A stretch of DNA of 64,000 nucleotides, taken from positions 128,001-192,000 of IMG/VR virus record IMGVR_UViG_3300012983_000031; one strand, written 5' to 3'. Under the pieces are notes generated by a model. It saw only the letters and a program-made list of their open reading frames with translations, ran no database searches and had not been told where the DNA came from. The translations under genes and the position numbers were made by a program. The stretch comes from a virus (Duplodnaviria; Caudoviricetes). Shown here in pieces: positions 18,079 through 26,875 of the stretch. The stretch's first letter is position 1. Every line of letters begins with the position of its first letter.

Positions 18079-18528
18079 ATGTTGGATATTGAGTTAACAA
18101 ATAAAACCTGCCAGGATTTTCTTGATCCTCAGCATGTGCATATGTTGCTGGATGCAGGTATTGACATGAGTGACGCTAAATATTGCGTTGTATCGCGTGA
18201 TGGAAAGCAATACGTTATGATGAAGGACAATGTTGATAAAACGCAATACAGCGAATGTTTGCCCACCTATTCGACCTCTGAGCTTTTATATAAGATTCCA
18301 GAATACCTATATATTGAAAAGAATGGGGAAGAATATTCAGGGGGATTCAAATTAAGCAAGGACGCTCCATTTTATCCAGCGTATTTTAGTTTACACAACA
18401 AAAATAAATCTATGTTTGATGAAAGCATACAGTGTTGTGCAGAGTATCCCATCCTGAGTCTTGCATATATATTGATACAATGTGTTAAACATGGTCATAA
18501 AATTGTGCAGGATATCAGTTCCAAATAA
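18079..18528 (+). CDS. hypothetical protein
   Basis: 149-aa ORF behind a TAnnTTTG promoter. Confidence 0.6.
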   Translation: MLDIELTNKTCQDFLDPQHVHMLLDAGIDMSDAKYCVVSRDGKQYVMMKDNVDKTQYSECLPTYSTSELLYKIPEYLYIEKNGEEYSGGFKLSKDAPFYPAYFSLHNKNKSMFDESIQCCAEYPILSLAYILIQCVKHGHKIVQDISSK

Positions 18529-18531
18529 AAA

Positions 18532-18589
18532 GGAAGCCGTACAGCAAAAATCCTTTATCAAAAATATTCAGGTGAATTTTTGGCTTCTG
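18532..18589 (+). ncRNA. third stem-GTACAGCAAAA-stem RNA
   Basis: GGAAGCC-GTACAGCAAAA...GGCTTCTG. Confidence 0.5.
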
Positions 18590-18611
18590 TTTCTTTGAAA
18601 TAAATATAAAG

Positions 18612-18774
18612 TCTGTTTCCAGCAGTAAGGGCGAAGTCGATTAACCATCGAACCTGTCCGTGAAGGTGGATACCGTCCAGTTGTGTTGCATCTGTGGTAG
18701 GTGCATGAGGTGACTGGCTGTCAAACAATTGAAAAATAACTTAGACGTAAGACAACACGGATGTTGGGTTCAGA
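18612..18774 (+). ncRNA. candidate structured ncRNA
   Basis: GC-richer non-coding tract with paired ends (TCTG..CCAGCA / TGTTGG..CAGA) and an inner TGCATCT/AGGTGCA hairpin. Confidence 0.35.
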
Positions 18775-18911
18775 TTTTTATAACTATTTCTATATCAGTA
18801 AGAACACTGAGTGAAAAATAAAGTTGAAATAAATACAAGGATAGACGAAAACAATTAGTGATATTTTAACAATATTTTCTTAAAACACTTAAAACAAAAA
18901 TTAAAGAGAAA

Positions 18912-19085
18912 ATGAAAAAGATTCTTTTTTTGGCAGCTGCCATGGTAGGCATGACTTTCGCTGCATGTAACAATGGTACAGCTACAGAAACAGTTGAAAA
19001 CGACAGCATCAGTGCAGACAGCGTTGAGGTTGTAGACACAACAGCCGTTGATAGCATCGTTGCAGATTCTGTTGTCGCTGAGTAA
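18912..19085 (+). CDS. small Bacteroidota-type lipoprotein (57 aa, missed by the ORF track)
   Basis: MKKILFLAAAMVGMTFAAC lipobox followed by an acidic DS-rich tail. Confidence 0.75.
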   Translation: MKKILFLAAAMVGMTFAACNNGTATETVENDSISADSVEVVDTTAVDSIVADSVVAE

Positions 19086-19298
19086 TTTAATCAATGTAAA
19101 TGAAAAAGATCATGAATCGTTCCATTCTTACATTATCAAGACATGCTCTTATTTCCTGTGAGAATCAGGAACGATTGTACGAGCAGACTGACTCTGTTTT
19201 GGATTAATTTCCAAGACAGAATATCTAATATTTCAAAGACGGTCTCTTGATACAAAAGTCAAAAGACCGTCTTTCTTTTAAAACTAACACATTTATGG

Positions 19299-19736
19299 AT
19301 GAAGAAAATTATCACGTTTCTCGTAGCAGCGTTCATCGCTGTAGCTCTTAATGCACAGGAAGAAGATTTCCTGCACAAGAAATGGCACTATGTTGTGGAT
19401 GCTATCGCCACAGTTGAAAGCGGAAAAAACCCTAAAGTAGTTTCAAAGAATGGTCTTTATGTCGGCTACCTTCAGATAGCAAAGATTATGGTAGACGAAT
19501 GTAACAGAATTAACGGTTATAAGAAATACACCTATGCAGACCGTTATAATAAAGAGAAAAGTATAAACATGTTCATTGATTTCCAGGAGCACTACAATCC
19601 TGATTGCAATGTTGAGAAAGCAATCCGCCTATGGAATTCTGGTGATATAAAGTGCATGGAAAGGAAAGCAAGAACAGAAGGTTATTTTCAACGTGTGATG
19701 AAACATTACGTTGTACAGGAAGAAAAAATTATGTAA
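19299..19736 (+). CDS. lysozyme-like / lytic transglycosylase with signal peptide
   Basis: AIATVES catalytic Glu, GYLQI, AIRLWN. Confidence 0.75.
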   Translation: MKKIITFLVAAFIAVALNAQEEDFLHKKWHYVVDAIATVESGKNPKVVSKNGLYVGYLQIAKIMVDECNRINGYKKYTYADRYNKEKSINMFIDFQEHYNPDCNVEKAIRLWNSGDIKCMERKARTEGYFQRVMKHYVVQEEKIM

Positions 19737-19826
19737 AACTTAAAAAAATGTTCAATTTGTTTTTCTGTTTTGAAAAAAAGTTGTAACTTTGCAACAGATT
19801 TAGAAATCGTTCTTTGAAATATAACT

Positions 19827-19961
19827 GGCAAAGCAGTTGATTTTGATCAATAAATTAAAGAACAAGGTTCGAAACCAAGATGACCTCAAGATAATATCGG
19901 TTGAAGGCGTTAGTTTAGTTGGAATAAAACGATAATTTATCAATCAATAAAATTGCTTGCC
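19827..19961 (+). ncRNA. YrlA/Y-RNA-like permuted tRNA mimic
   Basis: Long terminal stem enclosing a T-loop (GGTTCGAAACC), a closed acceptor-like stem and then a D arm (TAGTTTAGTTGGAATAAAAC). Confidence 0.6.
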
Positions 19962-19968
19962 GTTTTTT

Positions 19969-20692
19969 GGACCTGTAGCTCAGTCGGTTAGAGCAACAGA
20001 CTCATAGTAATTGTGTGCTATGGCGAGAAATCCCATAGTAGAATCTTCCTAAAACGGTGGAAGACCTTTAGATGAATGTGATGGACCCCAAGTGGCGAAA
20101 GTGAAACGATTGACGTATGCAGTAAAATTCCTATATGGTTTGCATAATTGGAGGTGGAAACCCTCCCTTGAGAAGCATTCATCGAACAAACAAAACACTA
20201 ATCAATAATGTGTAAGGTTAATACCGTGCTAAATTGAGAATGCGTGAGAATAAAGAATCGGTCTATGAGAATAAACCATCTGCATAGAATCCCCTTTCTT
20301 ACGTTTTTAAATGAATAAATAATCGATGATGGCTCTTTTGTTTATTCCGTTCTCATAAATGTGTAGAGAGTATATAGGAGATATGAGGGAAATACATTGA
20401 ATACCCTCACATTCCATTCAGATGTATCTGATAAGAATGCCTAAGTTGAAATTAGAATATACAATGATAAAAGTAGTTCAAACGCAGAATTAAGAATGGT
20501 GTCCCATTTGGTCAGAGCAGATTGGCCTTCTGTAAGAATAATTGTATTGACACTTGCAAGAATTTCAATATGGTAATAATGTATTCCAGACTACAACAAC
20601 TTAATGAGTCGCCAAGCGTCTGAAAAAGTTGGCTATGGTAACATAGAGCAGCAGGAATCTGGAGGTCGTAGGTTCAAGCCCTACCTGGTCCA
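19969..20692 (+). tRNA. tRNA-Ile2/Met(CAT) interrupted by a group I intron
   Basis: Exon 1 19969-20005 (...ACAGACTCAT) plus exon 2 20656-20692 (AATCTGG...GGTTCAAG...GGTCCA) rebuild a cloverleaf. Confidence 0.85.
20006..20655 (+). mobile_element. group I intron, about 650 nt, no homing endonuclease ORF
   Basis: U.G P1 at the 5' splice site; P AAACGGTGGAA; Q AATACCGTGCTAA; R GTAGAGAGTATA; S AATGTATTCC; terminal G. Confidence 0.82.
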
Positions 20693-20701
20693 CATATCTT
20701 C

Positions 20702-20775
20702 GCTCCAGTAGCTCAGTTGGTTAGAGCAACGGACTGTTAATCCGTGTGTCGGTGGTTCGAGCCCACCCTGGAGCG
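20702..20775 (+). tRNA. tRNA-Asn(GTT)
   Basis: Cloverleaf. Confidence 0.9.
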
Positions 20776-20848
20776 CAAAATAAGAAAAATAAGTAATTGT
20801 ACCACAGACCGCTGAAAGCAGTAAGGATTCCAAATTAGATAAATCAAA

Positions 20849-20993
20849 TAGGTAGCCGTACTACCGAATTTACGCTTGTGGACTATCCAACTATGGATGA
20901 ACGTGGTTTACCACCTAAAAAGTAGTGATAGGTTGAAGCAAGAAATAAAATGTATGAGATTCATAGATTTTCATAGAATTTTATATACGGTAA
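20849..20993 (+). ncRNA. orphan TnpB omegaRNA-like scaffold
   Basis: GGTAG..CTACCGAATTTACGCTTGTGGA...TGAAGCAAGAAA with no tnpB ORF; nested inside a 14-bp inverted repeat (20779-20792 / 21063-21076). Confidence 0.55.
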
Positions 20994-21078
20994 TATCATA
21001 TGTAAAGACTTACAGGCGTACAGCTATTAAGAGGAAATAAACGTTAAAGCGAGGTTGTTCCTTTATTTTTCTTATTAT

Positions 21079-21162
21079 GGCTTCATGGTGGAATGGTAGA
21101 CACGAGGGACTTAAAATCCCTTGGGCATTGCGCCCGTGCGGGTTCGAGTCCCGCTGAAGCTA
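21079..21162 (+). tRNA. tRNA-Leu(TAA)
   Basis: Cloverleaf with long variable arm. Confidence 0.9.
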
Positions 21163-21167
21163 CAACC

Positions 21168-21249
21168 GTTCCTGTGGCGGAATTGGTAGACGCGTCAGAC
21201 TTAGGATCTGATGTCTCATGACGTGCAGGTTCGAGTCCTGTCAGGAACA
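21168..21249 (+). tRNA. tRNA-Leu(TAG)
   Basis: Cloverleaf with long variable arm. Confidence 0.9.
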
Positions 21250-21254
21250 CAAAT

Positions 21255-21326
21255 TGCCCTGTAGTATAATTGGTAGTACAACAGATTTTGGTTCTGTCGG
21301 AACAGGTTCGAATCCTGTCAGGGTAA
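21255..21326 (+). tRNA. tRNA-Gln(TTG)
   Basis: Cloverleaf. Confidence 0.88.
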
Positions 21327-21350
21327 CAAGTAACAAACTTAAGCATAAAT

Positions 21351-21524
21351 ATGTTAAGACGTGATGAATTGATAGAACTTTCTGGACAGGTCATTAATGG
21401 CATGATGTCTGCTGACAATAACATATGGGTACAGTTGCTTGACAGAACTGTACACATTCAGGCAGCAAAGACAGCTGTAGCGATTGCAAATGACATGCTT
21501 AAGGAAATTGATAAGCTTGAATAA
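21351..21524 (+). CDS. small protein (57 aa, missed by the ORF track), likely paralog of 35705-35965
   Basis: NGMMSAD...QAAKTAVAIANDML versus TGLFAAD...WAAKTAMFTVERL. Confidence 0.6.
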   Translation: MLRRDELIELSGQVINGMMSADNNIWVQLLDRTVHIQAAKTAVAIANDMLKEIDKLE

Positions 21525-21525
21525 T

Positions 21526-21600
21526 CTCTGGTTGGCTGAGTGGTCAAAGGCGACGGTCTGCAAAACCGTAAAACCAGCGGTTCGAATCCGCTACCAGAGT
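21526..21600 (+). tRNA. tRNA-Cys(GCA)
   Basis: Cloverleaf; U73. Confidence 0.88.
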
Positions 21601-22179
21601 CTAATTATAGTTGACAAAATCAATGAGTAGTATTTCTCTGTTTGTTCCTTTGCTTATATTTTGTTTATTATTGAAGTAAGCGTAGATTCTTGGGAACCAA
21701 TCGTCAATTAATCTCGGTGCCATAACCGAAGAATACTTTCCTTCTTCCGATGGTTTGTGTTTGAATGAATAATCATTTTCATAATTATACAAATTATTGC
21801 CGCACCAAAACTTGATGTCTGGCAATTCTTTTTCTATTGCACTGCAAAAATTACGGAATCGTTCGACATTATTTGCAGTGTATTCTTTTTTTGTCCTTGC
21901 TTCGTGCAACACTCTGACGTAGCAGTCTTTCTTGTTGTTGATGTATTGAAGATCCTTTGCCATTTGTTTAGGTGTGTAGTCATACACATATTTTCCATGA
22001 GCGAACAATGTTTTACCGTCTTTGTCATATTTGACACGAAGATCGAAGCATCTTACTCCATATTTTTCATATTGTGTCTGGATGTCATAATCCTGACATT
22101 GAGCCATAAAGTGAAACAGATTCATCCACCATTTTTTACCTTTCAAATATGACCATGAATTGTGTGATCCGAGTATCAT
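21601..22179 (-). CDS. PI-PLC-like phosphodiesterase
   Basis: GSHNS, Q..GVRCFDLRV and FAHG motifs. Confidence 0.75.
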   Translation of the reverse strand: MILGSHNSWSYLKGKKWWMNLFHFMAQCQDYDIQTQYEKYGVRCFDLRVKYDKDGKTLFAHGKYVYDYTPKQMAKDLQYINNKKDCYVRVLHEARTKKEYTANNVERFRNFCSAIEKELPDIKFWCGNNLYNYENDYSFKHKPSEEGKYSSVMAPRLIDDWFPRIYAYFNNKQNISKGTNREILLIDFVNYN

Positions 22180-22420
22180 ATGTATATATTTTTTCTTTTA
22201 TTATATTTATATTAATAAATGATTATGAAAATATTAATAAAAATAATGTACAAAATGTATCTTAATATTTTTCATATTATCGTATTTTGTGTCACATATG
22301 TAGAAAATTAGATACAAAATTGTAACTTTTTCAAAACATTTCAGGAATTTGGAAACATAACAAGATAAATAAGGAAACGATGATCAGCGGGTAGAATATT
22401 AAACCAAAACGATAATCATT

Positions 22421-23230
22421 ATGAAAAAATTCTTTATCAGCGTGTTATGCTTCTTGTCATTCGGATTATATAATTCCGCAATGGCACAAAATTCTACGGT
22501 TGATCAGAAAATTCCAGATTTCAACAATAGTGGTAAGTACATCGGAAGTAAGAAGAACGGAAAGATGCATGGAAAGGGAACGTTCGAGTGGACAAATGGA
22601 GACAGATTTGAAGGAAATTTCCAGGACGGAAAGATTAACGGATATGGTCGTTATTCATGGGTAGATGGTGATGTGTATCAAGGAGACTTTAAGAATGGGG
22701 TTCAAGATGGATTTGGTTCAGCATTCTATGCTTCTCGTTGCAACACTTACGAAGGTGAGTGGAAGAATGGAAAGAGAAACGGTCATGGTAAGTTGACATG
22801 GGCGAACGGTGATGTTTACGAAGGTGAATGGATCGATGACGTTCGAGTTGGGGATGGTGTGTTCACGTCTGTAAATGGTGACAAGTATGTTGGTCATTAT
22901 GAAAATAATCAACGTAATGGTTACGGTACATATTATTATAATAATGGTGACGTTTATGTCGGTCAATGGATAAATGGAGAGAAAGAGGGTCTTGGCAAGT
23001 ACACTTATGCGAACGGCAACGTTTACGAAGGTCAGTTCTGCAATTCATACATAGAGGGTCAAGGAACTTTCATTTGGTCTTCAGGTGCAACTTACACAGG
23101 TCAGTTCAAAGAGGATATGCGAAATGGTGTAGGTACATACACTACTGCTGGAGGGAAAGTTATTTCTGGTAGCTGGAAAGACAATCGTTTTGCAGGTGAC
23201 AAGGGAAATATTGATGTGGCGATGAGATGA
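22421..23230 (+). CDS. secreted MORN-repeat protein
   Basis: Signal peptide plus about 9 YxGxWxxGxxxGxG repeats. Confidence 0.9.
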   Translation: MKKFFISVLCFLSFGLYNSAMAQNSTVDQKIPDFNNSGKYIGSKKNGKMHGKGTFEWTNGDRFEGNFQDGKINGYGRYSWVDGDVYQGDFKNGVQDGFGSAFYASRCNTYEGEWKNGKRNGHGKLTWANGDVYEGEWIDDVRVGDGVFTSVNGDKYVGHYENNQRNGYGTYYYNNGDVYVGQWINGEKEGLGKYTYANGNVYEGQFCNSYIEGQGTFIWSSGATYTGQFKEDMRNGVGTYTTAGGKVISGSWKDNRFAGDKGNIDVAMR

Positions 23231-23284
23231 ATAATATAATTATTCAGATAAATAGCTGTAAAGATTAATTCAAAAGATAAAAAG

Positions 23285-24568
23285 ATGAAAAAATTATTTT
23301 ACTTGCTGTTTGTTTTTTGCTTTGTTGTGTCTTGCCAGGACTATGATTATTACACTGACGAGTACAAGAGCAACGGTATTGAATACGAGAATGTTTTCAG
23401 AAGTTATGTTGGCGGCGATGTCGCTCCCGATCAGACATGGGGATTTGGTTCAAAAGATGTTGGTACGAGAAGCACATATCCTAATTCAAACATGTGGGAA
23501 GATGAAGGATATGTAGTTCCTGATCCCATCACAGATGCTGAGGTTGAAAAGGTAAAGGCTGTGTTCGCAGAGAAGATGCCAGAAGGTTATGTGTGTGAAA
23601 GCCTTGTTGACTGGGATAGTTTCTTTGTTCAGCATGTTTACAAGGGTGATTCCATATATAAGAACGGATACAACCAGGATGTTGTTGGTTCTGATCATAT
23701 GGATTGGCTGTGTTCATATTCTGACAAGGAACGCCAGATTATATCATATTATCCATATGAGGATAGGCTTGTTAATGTGGAAGGATATGACGACCACATC
23801 TACAATTTCAACGCGGCGTTCGGCTCCATACAGTTGATGTATGATACAACAACAAAGAGATTCGGTTTCCACAATTCAGAGGACAGTAAGATACATTACA
23901 ATTTCAGGATGGTTGAAATTGATGGCGCGTATTATGTTGGCTTTGATTTTGAGGGAGATTTAATGGTTCCTTGGGGCGAGAACCTTAATTCTGACGTTCC
24001 AAGAGACTATGTGTTCGATGATTGGATTGTAAAAATATGTCCAGGAAAGGGTGACGGCGGAAACAAAAAGAAAGATGAAGACAAATATTGCAGGATAATT
24101 GTAGAAGATCTTGTTGCAACAAATAATCTTGAACACTTAACGGAATCGGATTGGGATTACAATGATGTTGTATTTGATGCATATATTGAAGATGGAGTTG
24201 CTCATATTAGAGTTGTCGCAGCAGGAGGTACTCTTCCTTTATATGTTGCTGAAAGAGAAGTTCATGATTTGTTTGGTCTTTCACAACGTCTTCCTGTTAA
24301 CGTTGGCACTGGATTGGATCTCGATCCTGTTGAATTCACAATAAATGTTCCGTTCACTGACATCAACATGATACCAGTTGTTGTTTACAACAATGGAACA
24401 GGATACGAACTCCTTTCAAAGATGGGGCAGGCTCCAGCAAAGATTTGCGTAGGAACAGATTATCAATGGTGCAAGGAACATCAGCACATAAAGAGCAAGT
24501 ATCCTAAGTTCGTTGAGTGGGCTACACAAAACCCAAAGGATTACGAAGACGGTTATTGGTACAAATAA
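23285..24568 (+). CDS. Bacteroidota-type lipoprotein (DUF4842-like C-terminus)
   Basis: Lipobox VVSC; EDL...SDWDYNDVVFD motif. Confidence 0.7.
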   Translation: MKKLFYLLFVFCFVVSCQDYDYYTDEYKSNGIEYENVFRSYVGGDVAPDQTWGFGSKDVGTRSTYPNSNMWEDEGYVVPDPITDAEVEKVKAVFAEKMPEGYVCESLVDWDSFFVQHVYKGDSIYKNGYNQDVVGSDHMDWLCSYSDKERQIISYYPYEDRLVNVEGYDDHIYNFNAAFGSIQLMYDTTTKRFGFHNSEDSKIHYNFRMVEIDGAYYVGFDFEGDLMVPWGENLNSDVPRDYVFDDWIVKICPGKGDGGNKKKDEDKYCRIIVEDLVATNNLEHLTESDWDYNDVVFDAYIEDGVAHIRVVAAGGTLPLYVAEREVHDLFGLSQRLPVNVGTGLDLDPVEFTINVPFTDINMIPVVVYNNGTGYELLSKMGQAPAKICVGTDYQWCKEHQHIKSKYPKFVEWATQNPKDYEDGYWYK

Positions 24569-24685
24569 ATGACAACAAATTATATTACTTTTGAAGGTTT
24601 TTAGAAATAGAAACCTTCTTTTTTACATTTTTAACATAATTTTTTTTGTTATTTAAAATAAAAGTTGTAACTTTGCAACATCAAT

Positions 24686-24758
24686 GCAGCAATAGCTCAT
24701 CTGGCAGAGCGTCAGGCTTCCATCCTGAAGGTGGTGAGTTCGATCCTCACTTGCTGCT
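24686..24758 (+). tRNA. tRNA-Gly(TCC)
   Basis: Cloverleaf directly behind a TAACTTTG promoter. Confidence 0.88.
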
Positions 24759-24767
24759 CAAACAACA

Positions 24768-24951
24768 TTAGGCTCATCATAGTTTGGCTTTAGGATAAGC
24801 GCGGTTGAGGATTTGATCACCTTGGCGACGTTGTGCTGACACCGATGGCGAATTAAGATAAGAATTGTAACACTACGAGACGGCTCTGTGAGTGTCTGAC
24901 ATGATAGGTTACGCCTGCAGGAATTCTGATTTTGATTATATGTGAGTCTAA
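24768..24951 (+). ncRNA. candidate ~184-nt structured RNA between tRNAs
   Basis: Ends pair: TTAGGCTCATCATAGTT / GATTATATGTGAGTCTAA. Confidence 0.4.
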
Positions 24952-24954
24952 TTC

Positions 24955-25028
24955 GCTCTCTTAGCTCAGTTGAATAGAGCAACAGATTTCTAATCTGTGG
25001 GTCGAGGGTTTGAATCCCTCAGAGAGTA
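24955..25028 (+). tRNA. tRNA-Arg(TCT)
   Basis: Cloverleaf; T-loop TTTGAAT variant. Confidence 0.85.
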
Positions 25029-25049
25029 CTATTTTAAAATCAAAACATT

Positions 25050-25403
25050 ATGAAAAGAATAGATTTATCAGGAATTAAAAAAGGAGATTCGGTGTATGTT
25101 GTATCACCAGATACAAGAAATAAGCCGTATGAGGCAACTGTTAAAACGGTTGGAAGAAAATACATCACCATTGATAATGGGTGGAATTCTAAATATGATA
25201 AGGAAACTGGGTTTAATATCGAGTGGAGCGCGTGGAGAATATATCCATCAAAAAGAGAATATGAAGTTGAACAGGAACGGTATGAAATGCTGAAATACAT
25301 CAGTCGTAACATTGACAGGGCTGATCTTTCATGCGCTGAAATTAGAACAATATATAACATCATTAAATCATCAATTGAACGTGATGGCAAAAAACCTTTG
25401 TAA
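25050..25403 (+). CDS. hypothetical protein
   Basis: ORF; VKTVGRKYITI beta-barrel-like segment. Confidence 0.6.
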   Translation: MKRIDLSGIKKGDSVYVVSPDTRNKPYEATVKTVGRKYITIDNGWNSKYDKETGFNIEWSAWRIYPSKREYEVEQERYEMLKYISRNIDRADLSCAEIRTIYNIIKSSIERDGKKPL

Positions 25404-25794
25404 GGAAATACGAAATAATATATTCGAGTTTCCAATTGATATATATCATCGCAAACTATGGATTGCCGTTGGAGCAGACGTAAACGATTTGAATAAGTTA
25501 TTTCCAGAGGGTGATACAATTGGTGATCCATTTAGAGAAGTTAATGGATATGTTGCTGTTACGGATAGAGTTCGTAAAGTTAGACCAGAAATGTTGGGAG
25601 GGATACTTATTAGGTTCTGTGATGCTACGGAGATTACGTTTGAGAATGTTACACATGAATCTTCACATGCCGCCTTGTTCATATTTTCTTTTATAGGGGC
25701 AACCGTCGATGCTGAACATCAGGAAACGTTTGCTTATCTTGCTGGATATATTTCAAAATGTATAGGAATTGTTAAAGAAAAACTTTACTCCTAA
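25384..25794 (+). CDS. HExxH putative metallopeptidase-like protein
   Basis: THESSHA...ETFAYL. Confidence 0.55.
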   Translation: MAKNLCKEIRNNIFEFPIDIYHRKLWIAVGADVNDLNKLFPEGDTIGDPFREVNGYVAVTDRVRKVRPEMLGGILIRFCDATEITFENVTHESSHAALFIFSFIGATVDAEHQETFAYLAGYISKCIGIVKEKLYS

Positions 25795-26834
25795 TGACTA
25801 CAATTATAGAAATATTATTAATAGTTATTACATTAATTCTTTTGGATCTCAAGGGAATTGTATATTGGTTCTGCTCATTTGATAAGGAGTTTGGAACCGT
25901 CATCTGTAATTTTGGGCAAGGTGGTAAATATATTATCGAGGTAAGAAAATGGATATTTTCTTATGATATTGCAGCAACATCTACCAATCCGTATATAATG
26001 GAAGGAACAAGAGTTTGGCTTAAAGGAAATAGGAAAGATGGATATAATATAAATATGTATATAACAGATGAGGACAATGATGAAAACAATGGTTGATGAA
26101 ATAGTAAGCTTTGATGAGGCAAAGAAACTCGCAGAGGATTATGGATATTCTGAAAATGTCAAGTACTGCTACATCATCGGGGACAAAAATGTCCTTGATG
26201 AATGCGAACGCCCGATGAACGCAAACGCGAAGACATGGACAGGACGTTCATTCACTCATCAGACATATTCGGCTCCTACAAGAAAGGATGCGCTGGCGTT
26301 CATGGTGAGAATAGCTGACAGTTTGAAAGATGATGTTGAATATGTGAACAATAAAGTTACAAACATAGAAATGAAATGATATGGAAGCAAATCCAAAGAA
26401 GGTTTATCTTCTAATACAATCTTTGATGAACGGTTCCATTGTGATGGAATCATATTATTCAGTTTTCAGCACAGAGGAATTGGCGAAAAAGGCGGAGGCT
26501 GCTGTAAATTCTGCAAACACAGCGAACAGGATAGCTCTTGGCGTTCGTATGATCACTGATGTTAAAGAGATAGATTTGTATTCCAATGAAGATCATGTTC
26601 CGATTTTAAACAAAAAATAATCTTAATACAATGGCACTTTGCAGAGAACAAATTGAGCACTTTGAACACGAATGGATTGAGAATTCGGATCAGCCGTGGA
26701 GAAAAAAGTCAGATTCAAACAAGTGGCGCAAACGTCAGTACAACAAGTACCTGCGCATAAAGAACAAGGAGATAGATGAAGACGAGACAGGGTTCAAGCG
26801 AGGTAAAAAACATTTTAAAGGTTATCAGTATTAA
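25794..26834 (+). CDS. run of four small hypothetical genes (25794-26096, ~26079-26379, 26381-26620, 26631-26834)
   Basis: Tightly packed co-directional ORFs. Confidence 0.55.
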
Positions 26835-26875
26835 GTTACATCCGTAAATTTTATCGGCATAAAAAATAATACATA

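Noticed and set aside
18612-18774. Possible tmRNA
   Set aside because: No tRNA-Ala-like ends or tag reading frame recognised, and it is too short.
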